Of a stretch of 64,000 nucleotides of DNA, positions 1 to 9,386 are shown piece after piece. The translations under genes and the position numbers were made by a program. The DNA is from Vicinamibacteria bacterium (GTDB taxonomy: Bacteria > Acidobacteriota > Vicinamibacteria > Marinacidobacterales > Marinacidobacteraceae). The number at the start of each line of letters is the position of its first letter. Positions within the stretch are counted from its first letter, which is position 1. Below the pieces are notes generated by a model. That model was not told the origin of the DNA. It searched no databases and was given only the letters and a program-made list of their open reading frames with translations. The stretch spans positions 128,001 to 192,000 of the forward strand of contig OZ219815.1 in assembly GCA_964291235.2 (NCBI GenBank), in the 5' to 3' direction.

Positions 1-2
1 TC

Positions 3-752
3 GGAGACATCATTCGGATATCGCGGGCCGGACTCGGTGAACTCGGAGTCCGGCGGCTCCGCGGGATTTCCGGCGGCTCGCTGGGCGGAATGCAGGCGCT
101 CGAGTGGGCGGCCTCCTTTCCGGACGAGGTGGACGCCATCGTCGTGGTCGCCAGCACCGCCGGCCTGTCCGCCCAGGGAATCGGGTGGAACTGGATCGCG
201 CGGAACGCCATCACTTCGGATCCGGAATGGCGCGAAGGACGCTACGCCGAGAGCGGAAACCGGCCCGTCCGGGGTCTGGCCACCGCCCGCATGGTGGGGC
301 ACCTGACCTATCTGTCGGCGCCCGGCATGGACACGAAGTTCGGCCGGCGGCTCCAGGACCGGGCGGAATTCGCCGGGGACCTCCTCGCCGCCGATTTCCA
401 GGTCGAGTCCTATCTCGTCCACCAGGCGGCCAAATTCAACCGCCGTTTCGATGCCAACGCCTACTTGCTGCTGTCCTGGGCGCTGACGCGGTTTGACCTC
501 GCGAAACGCCACGGCGGCGGGGATCTTCGCGCCGCGGTGGACCGGTTCCGCTGCCGCACCCTCCTCCTCTCCTTCTCCTCGGACTGGCTCTACCCGTCCA
601 GCGATTCCCGCCGCCTCGCCGCTGCGCTCGAGGCCGAAGGGAAAGATGTCGTCCACCACGAGATCGAGACGACGTACGGACACGACTCCTTCCTGCTGGA
701 GGCCGGCCGGATGACGCCCCTGGTCCGCGCGTTTCTGGCGGGCGGTGGGTAA
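3..752 (+). CDS. metX: Homoserine O-acetyltransferase (5'-truncated by window edge)
   Basis: Frame is open from nt 3 (GDIIRISRAGLGELGVRRLRGISGGSLGGMQALEWA, nucleophile elbow GGSxGG). Also ARMVGHLTY, FDANAYL, SDWLYP and YGHDSFL catalytic His motif; directly upstream of metY. Confidence 0.93.
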   Translation, partial: GDIIRISRAGLGELGVRRLRGISGGSLGGMQALEWAASFPDEVDAIVVVASTAGLSAQGIGWNWIARNAITSDPEWREGRYAESGNRPVRGLATARMVGHLTYLSAPGMDTKFGRRLQDRAEFAGDLLAADFQVESYLVHQAAKFNRRFDANAYLLLSWALTRFDLAKRHGGGDLRAAVDRFRCRTLLLSFSSDWLYPSSDSRRLAAALEAEGKDVVHHEIETTYGHDSFLLEAGRMTPLVRAFLAGGG

Positions 753-910
753 AGTGACGTGAGCGCCGAGGCTGCCAGTTCTCCCGGTGGGGGGAGGGCC
801 CGGCTCAAGAAACAAGCGAACGAGGAGCACTCGCCGGGAGATCCGGGCCGCGCAACCTTGCCCCCGGACCGCCAAACCCGAGAAGCCAGCCCCGAGGAAC
901 CAGACGCCCC

Positions 911-2266
911 ATGACCGACAAAGACGCCGGAGCCGAAACCCGCGGGTTCGGGTTCGCGACCCGGGCAGTCCACGCCGGAGCCCGCCCCGAGCCCTACAGC
1001 GGGGCGCGCGCCACTCCCATCTTCCAGACGAGCAGCTACGTCTTCGAAGACCCGGAGGCGGCGGCGGCGTACTTCAACCTGCAGGAATACGGGAACACGT
1101 ATTCGCGGATCATGAACCCGACGGTGGCCGCCTTCGAGGAGCGGGTCGCGAACCTCGAGGGCGGAGTCGGCGCGGTGGCCTTCGCTTCCGGGCTGGCCGC
1201 CCAGGCGGGCGCGTTCTTCACGGCGCTCCGGCCCGGGGACCACCTGGTGGCGTCGCGGGCGCTCTACGGCGGCACCCTGACCCAGATCAAACACCTCGAA
1301 CGCAAGCTGGGGTATGAAGTCACCTTCGTCGATCCGGACCGGATCGACACCTGGAAGAACGCGATGCGCCAGGAGACCCGCCTCCTCTTCGGCGAGACCA
1401 TCGGCAATCCCGGCGGCAACGTCCTGGACATCGAACGGGTGGCCGACCTGGCCCACGAAAACGGCGTGCCCCTGATGGTGGACAGCACCTTCGCCACTCC
1501 CTACCTCTGCCGGCCCATCGAATGGGGCGCCGACATCGTGGTCCACTCGGCCACCAAGTTCCTCGGCGGCCAGGGGACCAGCATCGGCGGGGTGGTTGTC
1601 GAGTCCGGACGCTTTCCCTGGGACAATGGCAAGTTCCCGGGAATCGCGGACCCGTCGCCGGCCTACCACGGGCTCGCGTTTCAGGCCACCTTCGGCGAGT
1701 ACGGGTTCTTGATGAAGCTGCGCGCCGAAACGCTCCGGGATCTCGGCGCCTGCATGTCGCCGTTCAACGCCTTTCTCTTCGCGCTCGGGGTCGAGACGCT
1801 GCCGCTGCGCATGGAGCGCCACGCGGCCAACGCCCTGGAAGTCGCGCGTTTCCTGACGGAGCGGCCCGAAGTGGCGACGGTGGCCCACCCGGGGCTTCCC
1901 GGAAGCCGATACGCGCCGCTCGTCGCCAAGTACCTCCCCCGGGGGGCCGGAGCGGTGTTCTCGTTCGATCTCAAGGGCGGCCGAAGCGCCGGAACGCGCT
2001 TCCTTCGGGCCCTCAACGTTTTCTCCCACCTCGCCAACGTCGGGGACGCCAAGAGCCTGGTGATCCATCCGGCGAGCACCACGCACCGGCAACTCGACGA
2101 GGCGGAATTGTCCGGAGCCGGCATCTCGGCCGGAACTATCCGGCTCTCCGTGGGGATCGAAGATCCACAGGATCTGATCTGGGACCTGACCCGCGGACTG
2201 GAGGCGGCCACCGCCGCTCCCGACCACGACGACGAAACCAAGGAGTCCATGGCATGCCCCCTGTAG
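911..2266 (+). CDS. metY: O-acetylhomoserine aminocarboxypropyltransferase (OAH/OAS sulfhydrylase)
   Basis: YSRIMNPT, DSTFATPYLCRPIEWGADIVVHSATKF (PLP Lys), HLANVGDAKSLVIHPASTTH, IRLSVGIED. Confidence 0.95.
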   Translation: MTDKDAGAETRGFGFATRAVHAGARPEPYSGARATPIFQTSSYVFEDPEAAAAYFNLQEYGNTYSRIMNPTVAAFEERVANLEGGVGAVAFASGLAAQAGAFFTALRPGDHLVASRALYGGTLTQIKHLERKLGYEVTFVDPDRIDTWKNAMRQETRLLFGETIGNPGGNVLDIERVADLAHENGVPLMVDSTFATPYLCRPIEWGADIVVHSATKFLGGQGTSIGGVVVESGRFPWDNGKFPGIADPSPAYHGLAFQATFGEYGFLMKLRAETLRDLGACMSPFNAFLFALGVETLPLRMERHAANALEVARFLTERPEVATVAHPGLPGSRYAPLVAKYLPRGAGAVFSFDLKGGRSAGTRFLRALNVFSHLANVGDAKSLVIHPASTTHRQLDEAELSGAGISAGTIRLSVGIEDPQDLIWDLTRGLEAATAAPDHDDETKESMACPL

Positions 2267-2787
2267 TCGCCTGCGAACTTCCGCCTCCCGCGCCGGGAGA
2301 CGGATCCGCCTCCGACCTCACCAAATACCAGGACGCGGGCGCCATCCGGCGCCTGCTGACTTCGGCCCGGACGGTGGCGGTGGTCGGCCTTTCTCCGAAG
2401 GAGCTGCGGGCCAGCTACTTCGTGGGCTTTTACCTGCAACGGAACGGATACCGGGTGGTGCCCGTAAACCCGCGCGAGGAAACGATCCTTGGCGAGCGGT
2501 GTTTTCCGAGTGTTGCGGCCATCGAGGAACCCGTGGACATCGTGAACGTCTTTCGGGCGCCCGCGGCGGTCCCCGGCATCGTCGAGGAGTGCGCCGGGAA
2601 GGCGAAGGCCATCTGGCTTCAATATGGGGTCATCCACCACGAGGCCGCCGAACGGGCCCGGGAACTCGGGCTGGACGTGATCATGGACCGCTGCATGAAA
2701 GTGGAGCACGCCCGCCACCTCGGCCGGCTGCACTGGCTCGGGTTCACGACCCGGCGCATCACCGCGAGAAGGCCCGAGAGCGCCTGA
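2254..2787 (+). CDS. CoA-binding protein (YccU-like)
   Basis: C-terminal part of ORF 1522..2787; ATG at 2254 overlaps the metY end. TVAVVGLSPK..RASY, PVNP, VDIVNVFR, IWLQYG and MDRCMKVEH motifs. Confidence 0.88.
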   Translation: MPPVVACELPPPAPGDGSASDLTKYQDAGAIRRLLTSARTVAVVGLSPKELRASYFVGFYLQRNGYRVVPVNPREETILGERCFPSVAAIEEPVDIVNVFRAPAAVPGIVEECAGKAKAIWLQYGVIHHEAAERARELGLDVIMDRCMKVEHARHLGRLHWLGFTTRRITARRPESA

Positions 2788-2801
2788 CGGAGCCGGGATC
2801 G

Positions 2802-3407
2802 ATGCCGAAGGGAGACACCGCCGCACCGGCCGACTCCACCATCCTCCGCCAGTTCGTGAGCCGGCCGCGCGAGATCGGCGCGGTGCGGCGCAGCTCCCCC
2901 GCCCTCGGCATCGCCATGGCCGAGGCCGTTCGCTGGCCGGAGCGGGCCGCGGTCATCGAAGCCGGAGCCGGGGATGGAGCGATTACCGAACATCTGCTCG
3001 CGGCCAAACCTCCCGAGACGCCGTTTCTGGCGGTGGAGCTGAATCAGATGTGTGCGCACGCCCTGGCGCGCCGGATTCCCGACCTCAAGGTGGTGGTGGA
3101 CGATCTCGCCAACCTGTGCTCCATCTGCGCCCGGGAGCAAGTGGGCGAAGTGGGGGTGGTAGTGGCCACCCTCCCCTGGTCGGTGATTCCCGAGGACAAG
3201 CAGACGACGATGCTCGAGGCGATCCTCGAGACGCTGGCCCCCGACGGCCAACTCTTGTTCTACGTCTATGTTCAGGCGCTTCCGTTCTGGACGCGCTCCC
3301 CGTTCGCCAAGGTTCTGGAGCGGGCGTTTTCGAAGGTCGAGCGCGGATCCGTCGTCTGGAAGAACGTGCCTCCGGCGGTCGTTTACGACTGCCGGGGACT
3401 CAGGTAG
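2802..3407 (+). CDS. Class I SAM methyltransferase, phospholipid N-methyltransferase (PmtA-like)
   Basis: ATG at 2802; PREIGAVRRSS, VIEAGAGDGAIT, VATLPW and VWKNVPPAVVY are typical of the rhizobial PmtA-like family. Confidence 0.75.
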   Translation: MPKGDTAAPADSTILRQFVSRPREIGAVRRSSPALGIAMAEAVRWPERAAVIEAGAGDGAITEHLLAAKPPETPFLAVELNQMCAHALARRIPDLKVVVDDLANLCSICAREQVGEVGVVVATLPWSVIPEDKQTTMLEAILETLAPDGQLLFYVYVQALPFWTRSPFAKVLERAFSKVERGSVVWKNVPPAVVYDCRGLR

Positions 3408-4476
3408 CGAGCCGGGCTCCGATCCGTCCCGATCCCAGGCAGCGTGTCCCCGCATAGAGGACCGCGAACTGACCGCGGGCGATGCCCTGGTCCGGTTCGT
3501 CGAGGAGCACCTCCCCTGCCCCCGATCCATCCCAGGAGACCCGCGCCGGCGCAAGTTCGGGGCCGTGCCGCACCCGCACCAGCAGCCGCCCCGCGCCGGA
3601 GGACGCCCCGCCTCCGATCCAGTGGAGGTCCTCCAACCCGAAGCGCCGGACGGGCCGCCCGGCGCCGCGGCGCACCATCACCCGGTTCTCCCCGGGATCC
3701 TTCCCGGAAACGAACCAGGGACCCCCGGAGAGGCCGAGGCCGCGGCGCTGGCCGACGGTGAAGAGCCAGTGGCCGCGGTGGGTCCCGATCTCCTCGCCGG
3801 ACGCCTCATCCACCACCGGGCCCCGCCGGTCGCCGAGGTGGGCGGTGACGAAGTCCCGGTAGCGAACGCCCCCGAGGAAGCAGATCCCCTGGCTGTCCCG
3901 GCGGTCCTGGGGAGCCAGCGCGAGCCGGGCCGCGAGCTTGCGGACCTCCGTCTTCTGCAACCCCCCTACCGGGAACAGGGAACGCGCGAGCTGGCCGGAG
4001 CTGATCCGCGAGAGGAAGTAGGTCTGATCCTTCACCGGATCCGGAGCCCGATGCAACTCGACGCCGTCCGCCGCCTCGACCCGCCGCGCGTAGTGGCCGG
4101 TGGCCACCCGCTCGAACCGTCGGCCCGGAATCTCGGCGTCCACCCACTCGGCGAAGGCCCCGAACTTGATGCGGGAATTGCAGAACAGGTCGGGACTCGG
4201 GGTGCCGCCGGCTTCGAGTTCGTCGAGCAGATAGGCGACAACGCCCTCCCGGTAGGCGCGCTGCAACGGGATCACGCTGAGCGGAACCCCGACCTGCCCC
4301 GCGACCGCCCGGGCATACCGGAGATCCTCCTCCCAGGGGCACTCCCCCAGATGTTCCAGTTCGTCTTCCAGCCAGACCTTGAGGTAGAAGGCGTGCACCT
4401 CGTGGCCCTCCTCCACCAGCCGGGCGAGGGCGACAGAACTGTCCACGCCTCCGGAAGTAAGAGCGGCGACGCGCAT
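3400..4476 (-). CDS. mnmA: tRNA-specific 2-thiouridylase
   Basis: ATG at 4476; SGGVDS PP-loop, CPWEED, TPSPDLFCNSRIKFG, ATGHYAR, KDQTYFL, DSQGICF, TVGQRRGL, GQFAVLY. Confidence 0.95.
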   Translation of the reverse strand: MRVAALTSGGVDSSVALARLVEEGHEVHAFYLKVWLEDELEHLGECPWEEDLRYARAVAGQVGVPLSVIPLQRAYREGVVAYLLDELEAGGTPSPDLFCNSRIKFGAFAEWVDAEIPGRRFERVATGHYARRVEAADGVELHRAPDPVKDQTYFLSRISSGQLARSLFPVGGLQKTEVRKLAARLALAPQDRRDSQGICFLGGVRYRDFVTAHLGDRRGPVVDEASGEEIGTHRGHWLFTVGQRRGLGLSGGPWFVSGKDPGENRVMVRRGAGRPVRRFGLEDLHWIGGGASSGAGRLLVRVRHGPELAPARVSWDGSGAGEVLLDEPDQGIARGQFAVLYAGTRCLGSGRIGARLAT

Positions 4477-4591
4477 TGGCGGTTTCCCCGCCGGGAATGA
4501 TGACGCCCGTGGGCGGCGCGCGTCACCGCCGCCTCCCGAACGGCCGAACGGCGGTAGGATTCGGCCCGGCCGCGGCGGCGGCCGCCCACCC

Positions 4592-5080
4592 ATGCCAGAA
4601 GAATCCAGCAACCAAGCGAACGGCAGCCTCCTCGCCATCTGGGCCAAGGGAGCGCGGGGTGAACCCATGGTCCCCCGGTCCGACGGCGATCTCGTCAAGG
4701 GAGAGGGCCTGCTGGGTTCCGCTCCGGTCCGCGGGAAACGGCAGATCACCGTCCTTTCCCGCGAGGCCTGGCGGCGGGCCGCGCGAGAGGCCGGCGAACC
4801 CGGGGTGGATCCGTCCCTGCGCCGGGCGAACCTGCTGGTGTCGGGAGTGGACTTCCGGGAGACGCTCGGGAGGACACTCACGGTTGGCGAGACGCGGATC
4901 CTGATCCACGGCGAGACGAAGCCCTGCGAACGGATGGAAGCCGTCACCCCCCGGCTGCGCGAGACGCTGGCGCCGGACTGGCGCGGCGGAGCGTTCGGCG
5001 AAGTCGTGAGCGGCGGCAGTATCCGGATCGGCGATCCGGTCGCCTGGGCGGACGCCGGGGTTCCTCCTTCCCACGACTGA
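4592..5080 (+). CDS. MOSC domain-containing protein
   Basis: RQITVL, LRRANLLVSG, GETKPCERM (conserved Cys), RGGAFGEVVSGGSIRIGD. Confidence 0.85.
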   Translation: MPEESSNQANGSLLAIWAKGARGEPMVPRSDGDLVKGEGLLGSAPVRGKRQITVLSREAWRRAAREAGEPGVDPSLRRANLLVSGVDFRETLGRTLTVGETRILIHGETKPCERMEAVTPRLRETLAPDWRGGAFGEVVSGGSIRIGDPVAWADAGVPPSHD

Positions 5081-5089
5081 CCCGGGTTC

Positions 5090-6541
5090 TTGACCCAGCG
5101 AGCGCAGGACATCGAGAGTCCTGAACCGGTTCGATTCCCGCTCGCGCGGGTCGGGCCGATTGCCGACGACGCCGCGGGCGCCGTCGGGGACGCACGCCGC
5201 ATCGCTCTTCAGGTCCGCCGCGCCGGTGGACGCGCCCTGGTGGTCGGGGGGTTCGTCCGCGACGGAATGCTCTCCCAACCTACCGGAGAACCCGACCTCG
5301 AGGTGTTCGGACTTTCCGTGCGGAACCTGGAGCGCGCCCTGCGGCCGCTCGGCAAGGTCCGGCGGATCGGGCGGGCCTTCCCCGTGCTGCGCGTCGGAGG
5401 CCTCGGCGTGGAAGTGGCGCTGCCCCGCCGCGAATCGAAGACCGGGCCGGGCCACCTGGGTTTCGAGGTGGTCGTGGACCCCGACATGAGTTTCGCCGAC
5501 GCGGCCCGCCGCCGGGATCTCACCCTGAACGCCATGGGTCTCGATCCGCTGACGGGCGCGCTGTTCGATCCCTACGACGGGGCGCGGGATCTCGCCGCGG
5601 GGGTGATGCGGGCCACCGACGCCGCGAAATTCCCCGAGGATCCACTGCGCGGGCTGCGGGTGGCGGCGTTCGCTTCCCGCTTCTCGTTTACCGCCGACGC
5701 CGAGCTCCACCGCCTCTGCACCGAACTCGACCTCAGCGAGCTGAGTTCCGAGCGGATTCGCGAGGAACTCGCAAAGCTCCTCCACGGGAAAGAGCCTTCG
5801 CGCGGCTTCCGCTTCCTGGCCGCGACCGGACTGCTGCGCTTCCTCCCCGAAGTGGACGCCCTTCGTGGAGTCCCCCAGGATCCCGAGTGGCATCCCGAGG
5901 GGGATGTCTTCGAACACACCCTGCTGGCGCTGGATCGGGCGGCGGCATTGGTCCCGGAGGATCCCGAAGCGCGGCGCGCCTTCCTCTTTGCGACCCTCTG
6001 CCACGATCTGGGCAAGCCGGTGACCACGCGGGAGCGGAAGGGACGGATCACGGCGTACGCTCACGACGCCGCCGGAGCGCCCATCGCGCGCCGCTTCCTC
6101 GAGAGGTTGCGGGCGCCGCGTGCCCTGGTGGACGCGGTCGAAGCGCTGACGCACCGCCACCTGGCGCCCGCGTTCTATCCCCGCCAAGGCGCGAAACGGG
6201 CCGCCTACCGCCGTCTGGCGCGTGAAATGGCGGCGGCCGGCACGACCCTTGAAGAACTCCTGCGGGTAGCCACGGCGGATCAACTCGGGCGGACCACCGC
6301 AACCGCACTCGCCGGCCGGTTCCCGGAGGGGGAGGTCTTTCGGGAGCGGGCGGAAGCGGCCGGGGTGTTTCACGGACCGCCTGAAGACGTGGTCGGCGGG
6401 CGGCATGTCCTGGCGCGCAACATCCCGCCGGGCAAGGCGGTCGGGCGCATCCTCGACCGGAGCCGCGAACTGCAGGACGAAAGCGGGGAGACCGATCCGG
6501 ACAAGATCCTGGACCGGGTGATTTCCGAGGAGCCACCATGA
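5090..6541 (+). CDS. CCA-type tRNA nucleotidyltransferase with HD domain
   Basis: VGGFVRD, RRDLTLNAM, DPYDG, EDPLRGLR, ERIREE, QDPEWHPEGDVFEHT, LCHDLGKP. Start codon uncertain. Confidence 0.9.
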   Translation: MTQRAQDIESPEPVRFPLARVGPIADDAAGAVGDARRIALQVRRAGGRALVVGGFVRDGMLSQPTGEPDLEVFGLSVRNLERALRPLGKVRRIGRAFPVLRVGGLGVEVALPRRESKTGPGHLGFEVVVDPDMSFADAARRRDLTLNAMGLDPLTGALFDPYDGARDLAAGVMRATDAAKFPEDPLRGLRVAAFASRFSFTADAELHRLCTELDLSELSSERIREELAKLLHGKEPSRGFRFLAATGLLRFLPEVDALRGVPQDPEWHPEGDVFEHTLLALDRAAALVPEDPEARRAFLFATLCHDLGKPVTTRERKGRITAYAHDAAGAPIARRFLERLRAPRALVDAVEALTHRHLAPAFYPRQGAKRAAYRRLAREMAAAGTTLEELLRVATADQLGRTTATALAGRFPEGEVFRERAEAAGVFHGPPEDVVGGRHVLARNIPPGKAVGRILDRSRELQDESGETDPDKILDRVISEEPP

Positions 6542-7518
6542 ACCTGACCGTCCCGGACCGACCCTTCGCGGTGCGGCCCACCACCTGGATCGAAGCCGAG
6601 AGAATGCGGGCGGCCCTCGGGCTTCGCGTCACCCTGGTCAGCGAGACCTTCCAGCGCACCGGAAGCTTCAAGTTCCGGGCAGCCTTCCACCGGGCCCGCA
6701 CCTCACCGGCCCGGCATCTTCTCGCCGCCTCCTCCGGCAACTTCGGCCAGGCGCTCGCCCTCGCATGCAAGTTGCTGCGCAAGCGGGCGACCATCGTGAT
6801 GCCGTCCATCTCCGCGCGGGTCAAGATCGATGCGGTCCGCAGCCACGGCGCCACCGTCGAACTTACCGACGTGGAGATCGAGTCGCGCGAGGACGCGGTG
6901 TCCCGGATGCTCCGCGAACTGCCCGAAGCCGAGGTGGCGAGCGCCTACGACGATCCGGCGGTGATCGCCGGGAACGCCACCCTGGGGGTCGAGATTGCCA
7001 CGCGCCTGGGCCGCTGGTCCGCGGCCCGGCAGGCGAAGGCCGTCGTGGTCGTCCCCATCGGGGGCGGCGGGATCAGTTCGGGGATCCTCACCGGCCTCGA
7101 GACCGCCGGGATGGGCGAGGTACCCGTGATCGGCGCCGAGCCGCTGCTGGCGAACGACGCCGCCGAGTCGCTGCGGCAGGGAAACCTGGTGAGCCACGCC
7201 GGCGAGGCACTCTCGCTCGCCGACGGAGCGCGGCTACCCCGTCTGGGCGCGAACAACTGGGCGATTCTCCGCCAGGGCCTCGGCGACGTGATCGAAGTGC
7301 CCGAGCAGCAAATCGCCGAGGGCGTCCGAAGGCTGTTCAGCACCGCCAACCTGAAGGCCGAGCCCACCGGGGCGCTCGGGATCGGAGCGCTGCTCACGGA
7401 CCCCGACCGATTTCAGGGCAAGGAGGTGCTGGTGGTGATCACCGGCGGCAACGTGGACCCCGGGGTGTACTCCCGGATCCTCGGCGGGGCGGACTCCACC
7501 GAGGAGGCCTACGGCTGA
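6538..7518 (+). CDS. PLP-dependent threonine/serine dehydratase / serine racemase-like enzyme
   Basis: QRTGSFKFR (PLP Lys), SSGN, PIGGGG, ADG, EPTGA, TGGNVD; no regulatory domain. Confidence 0.88.
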   Translation: MNLTVPDRPFAVRPTTWIEAERMRAALGLRVTLVSETFQRTGSFKFRAAFHRARTSPARHLLAASSGNFGQALALACKLLRKRATIVMPSISARVKIDAVRSHGATVELTDVEIESREDAVSRMLRELPEAEVASAYDDPAVIAGNATLGVEIATRLGRWSAARQAKAVVVVPIGGGGISSGILTGLETAGMGEVPVIGAEPLLANDAAESLRQGNLVSHAGEALSLADGARLPRLGANNWAILRQGLGDVIEVPEQQIAEGVRRLFSTANLKAEPTGALGIGALLTDPDRFQGKEVLVVITGGNVDPGVYSRILGGADSTEEAYG

Positions 7519-7537
7519 CCGCTGGCGGCGAGACCCA

Positions 7538-8035
7538 ATGCTCCAACTGCTCCTCCTGCGTCACGCCAAGTCAGACTGGAATCACCCCGGTCTGGGCGAT
7601 CACGACCGGCCGCTGGCCCCGCGGGGTTTGCGGGCCGCCCCCCGCATGGGCCGCTACCTCAAGAATGAGGGGCTTTCACCGGCGGCGGCGCTCGTTTCGA
7701 CCGCGCGGCGGGCGCGCGAGACCGCGGCACTCGTACTGGAGGCGGCCGGCGCGCCGGCCGACACGCTCCGCCTGGTTCCCCGACTCTACGGGTCGAGTCC
7801 GGACGAGATCGTGGAGATCGTGGGTGAGGAGGGCGGGATCGCATCACCGCTTCTGGTGGTGGCCCATAACCCGGGCATGGAGGATCTGGCAGCCCGCCTC
7901 GGCGGCCGCTACGAGCATTTTCCTACCGCCGCGCTCGCCGTCGTTTCGGTCCCGGCCCCCGACTGGAGCGCCTTCTTGCCGTCCGCCGCCACCCTCGAGG
8001 CGTTGATCCGGCCCCGGGAGTTGCCGAGCGGCTGA
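7538..8035 (+). CDS. sixA: Histidine phosphatase, SixA family
   Basis: LLRHAKSDW, DHDRPLAPRG, STARRARETA, VAHNPG, FPTAA. Confidence 0.88.
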   Translation: MLQLLLLRHAKSDWNHPGLGDHDRPLAPRGLRAAPRMGRYLKNEGLSPAAALVSTARRARETAALVLEAAGAPADTLRLVPRLYGSSPDEIVEIVGEEGGIASPLLVVAHNPGMEDLAARLGGRYEHFPTAALAVVSVPAPDWSAFLPSAATLEALIRPRELPSG

Positions 8036-8126
8036 CCGGCAGGACCGGTCCCTCGCGACCGGGCGGAAACCTCGGGGTCCGGAGCCGGCCGGTATTCTTG
8101 GCCGCCATCCCCCAGGGGAGCCCCCC

Positions 8127-9215
8127 ATGAAGAACCCGCTTCGCTCCGACTGGTTCCGGCGATTCCTGCTTCCCGGTTTCTGCTTCCAGTCCATGGTCAT
8201 CGCCGGCGGCTACGGGACCGGTCGCGAGCTGGTGGACTTCTTCCTGACCAAGGGAGTCCTCGGGGGGCTCCTGGGAATGCTCCTCATCACGACGCCGCTC
8301 TGGTCGGCCGTCTGCGCCCTGACCTTCGAGATCGCCCGGCGGGCGAGGTCCTACGACTACCGGACGATGACCCGCGAACTGCTCGGCCGGTGGAATTGGC
8401 TCTACGAGGTCATCTACCTCGCCACCATGCTGGTGGTGGTTTCGGTGGTCGCGGCGGCGGGTGGCGAGGTTGTTTCCAGGTCGCTCGGCTTTCCCTACGC
8501 CGTTGGAGTGCTCGCCATCATGGTCGCGGTGGGCTACCTCGTCCTGAAGGGGACCAGCACGGTCGAGAATTTCCTGTCGTTCTGGTCGATGGCCCTCTAC
8601 GCGGTGTACATCCTGGTGCTCATCGCCGCTTTCCGTGCCTTCGGGCCGGAAATCGGGGCGGCGCTCGGCGCCGGCGACGTCACGAGCGACTGGGTTCTCG
8701 GGGGTGTCGAATACATGGCCTACAACGTGGGCACGCTGCCCGCCGTGCTGTTTTGCGCGCACCACCTGAGAACGCGACGCGACGCAATGGTGGCGGGGAT
8801 GCTCGCGGGGCCCATCGCCATCATTCCCGCGGTCCTCTTCTTCATCGCAATCGCGGGCCTCGGTTCCGGGATGGTGGAAGAGACGGTCCCCTCCCTCACC
8901 CTGTTGGCGGAGATCGGTTCGCCGCTCCTGCTGTTCGGCTTCCAGGTGGTCCTGTTCGGAACCCTGATCGAAACTGCCACCAGCCTGATCCACGCAGTCA
9001 ACGAGCGGGTGGCCCGCGCCATGGAGGAGGGGGGCCGCGAACTGAAAACGTGGCTCCGTCCCGCAACCTCGACGGTGGTGCTGCTTGCCGCCATCGTGCT
9101 CGCCCAGGCGGGACTCGAGGACCTGATCGGGATCGGCTACCGGATCCTGACCTATGGGTTCTGGGTCATCTTCATCCTGCCGCTGTTCTGGTACGGGGTC
9201 CGCCGCCTCCGTTAG
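8127..9215 (+). CDS. YkvI-like polytopic membrane protein (probable amino-acid transporter)
   Basis: VIAGGYGTGRELVDFF signature and about 10 hydrophobic segments. Confidence 0.8.
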   Translation: MKNPLRSDWFRRFLLPGFCFQSMVIAGGYGTGRELVDFFLTKGVLGGLLGMLLITTPLWSAVCALTFEIARRARSYDYRTMTRELLGRWNWLYEVIYLATMLVVVSVVAAAGGEVVSRSLGFPYAVGVLAIMVAVGYLVLKGTSTVENFLSFWSMALYAVYILVLIAAFRAFGPEIGAALGAGDVTSDWVLGGVEYMAYNVGTLPAVLFCAHHLRTRRDAMVAGMLAGPIAIIPAVLFFIAIAGLGSGMVEETVPSLTLLAEIGSPLLLFGFQVVLFGTLIETATSLIHAVNERVARAMEEGGRELKTWLRPATSTVVLLAAIVLAQAGLEDLIGIGYRILTYGFWVIFILPLFWYGVRRLR

Positions 9216-9291
9216 CAGCCTGCGGCAAAACCCGCGCGGGAGAACTGGGCCTCACTCGTCTCGGCGCTCACGTGGGTTTCACCACAGGCTG
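9216..9291. mobile_element. Short MITE-like element with CAGCCTG...CAGGCTG terminal inverted repeats
   Basis: Left end CAGCCTGCGGCAAAACCC vs reverse complement of right end CAGCCTGTGGTGAAACCC (15/18 identical); starts immediately after the TAG stop at 9215. Confidence 0.5.
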
Positions 9292-9386
9292 TTGAGATCG
9301 GCCGCGACCGGCCGGGAGTCGCGCCGCGGAACCGGCGTTTCCTACAATCAGCAATCCGGCCAGTGGGCCGGAAAAGGAGTTTCCCG

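Noticed and set aside
37-306. Apparent frameshift or separate ORF at the start of metX
   Set aside because: The metX frame is open from nt 3 through GGSLGGMQ; the gene is only cut by the window edge.
753-910. Canonical SAM-I/SAM-II/SAH riboswitch before metY
   Set aside because: Consensus cores are not recognisable; kept only as a low-interest structural note.
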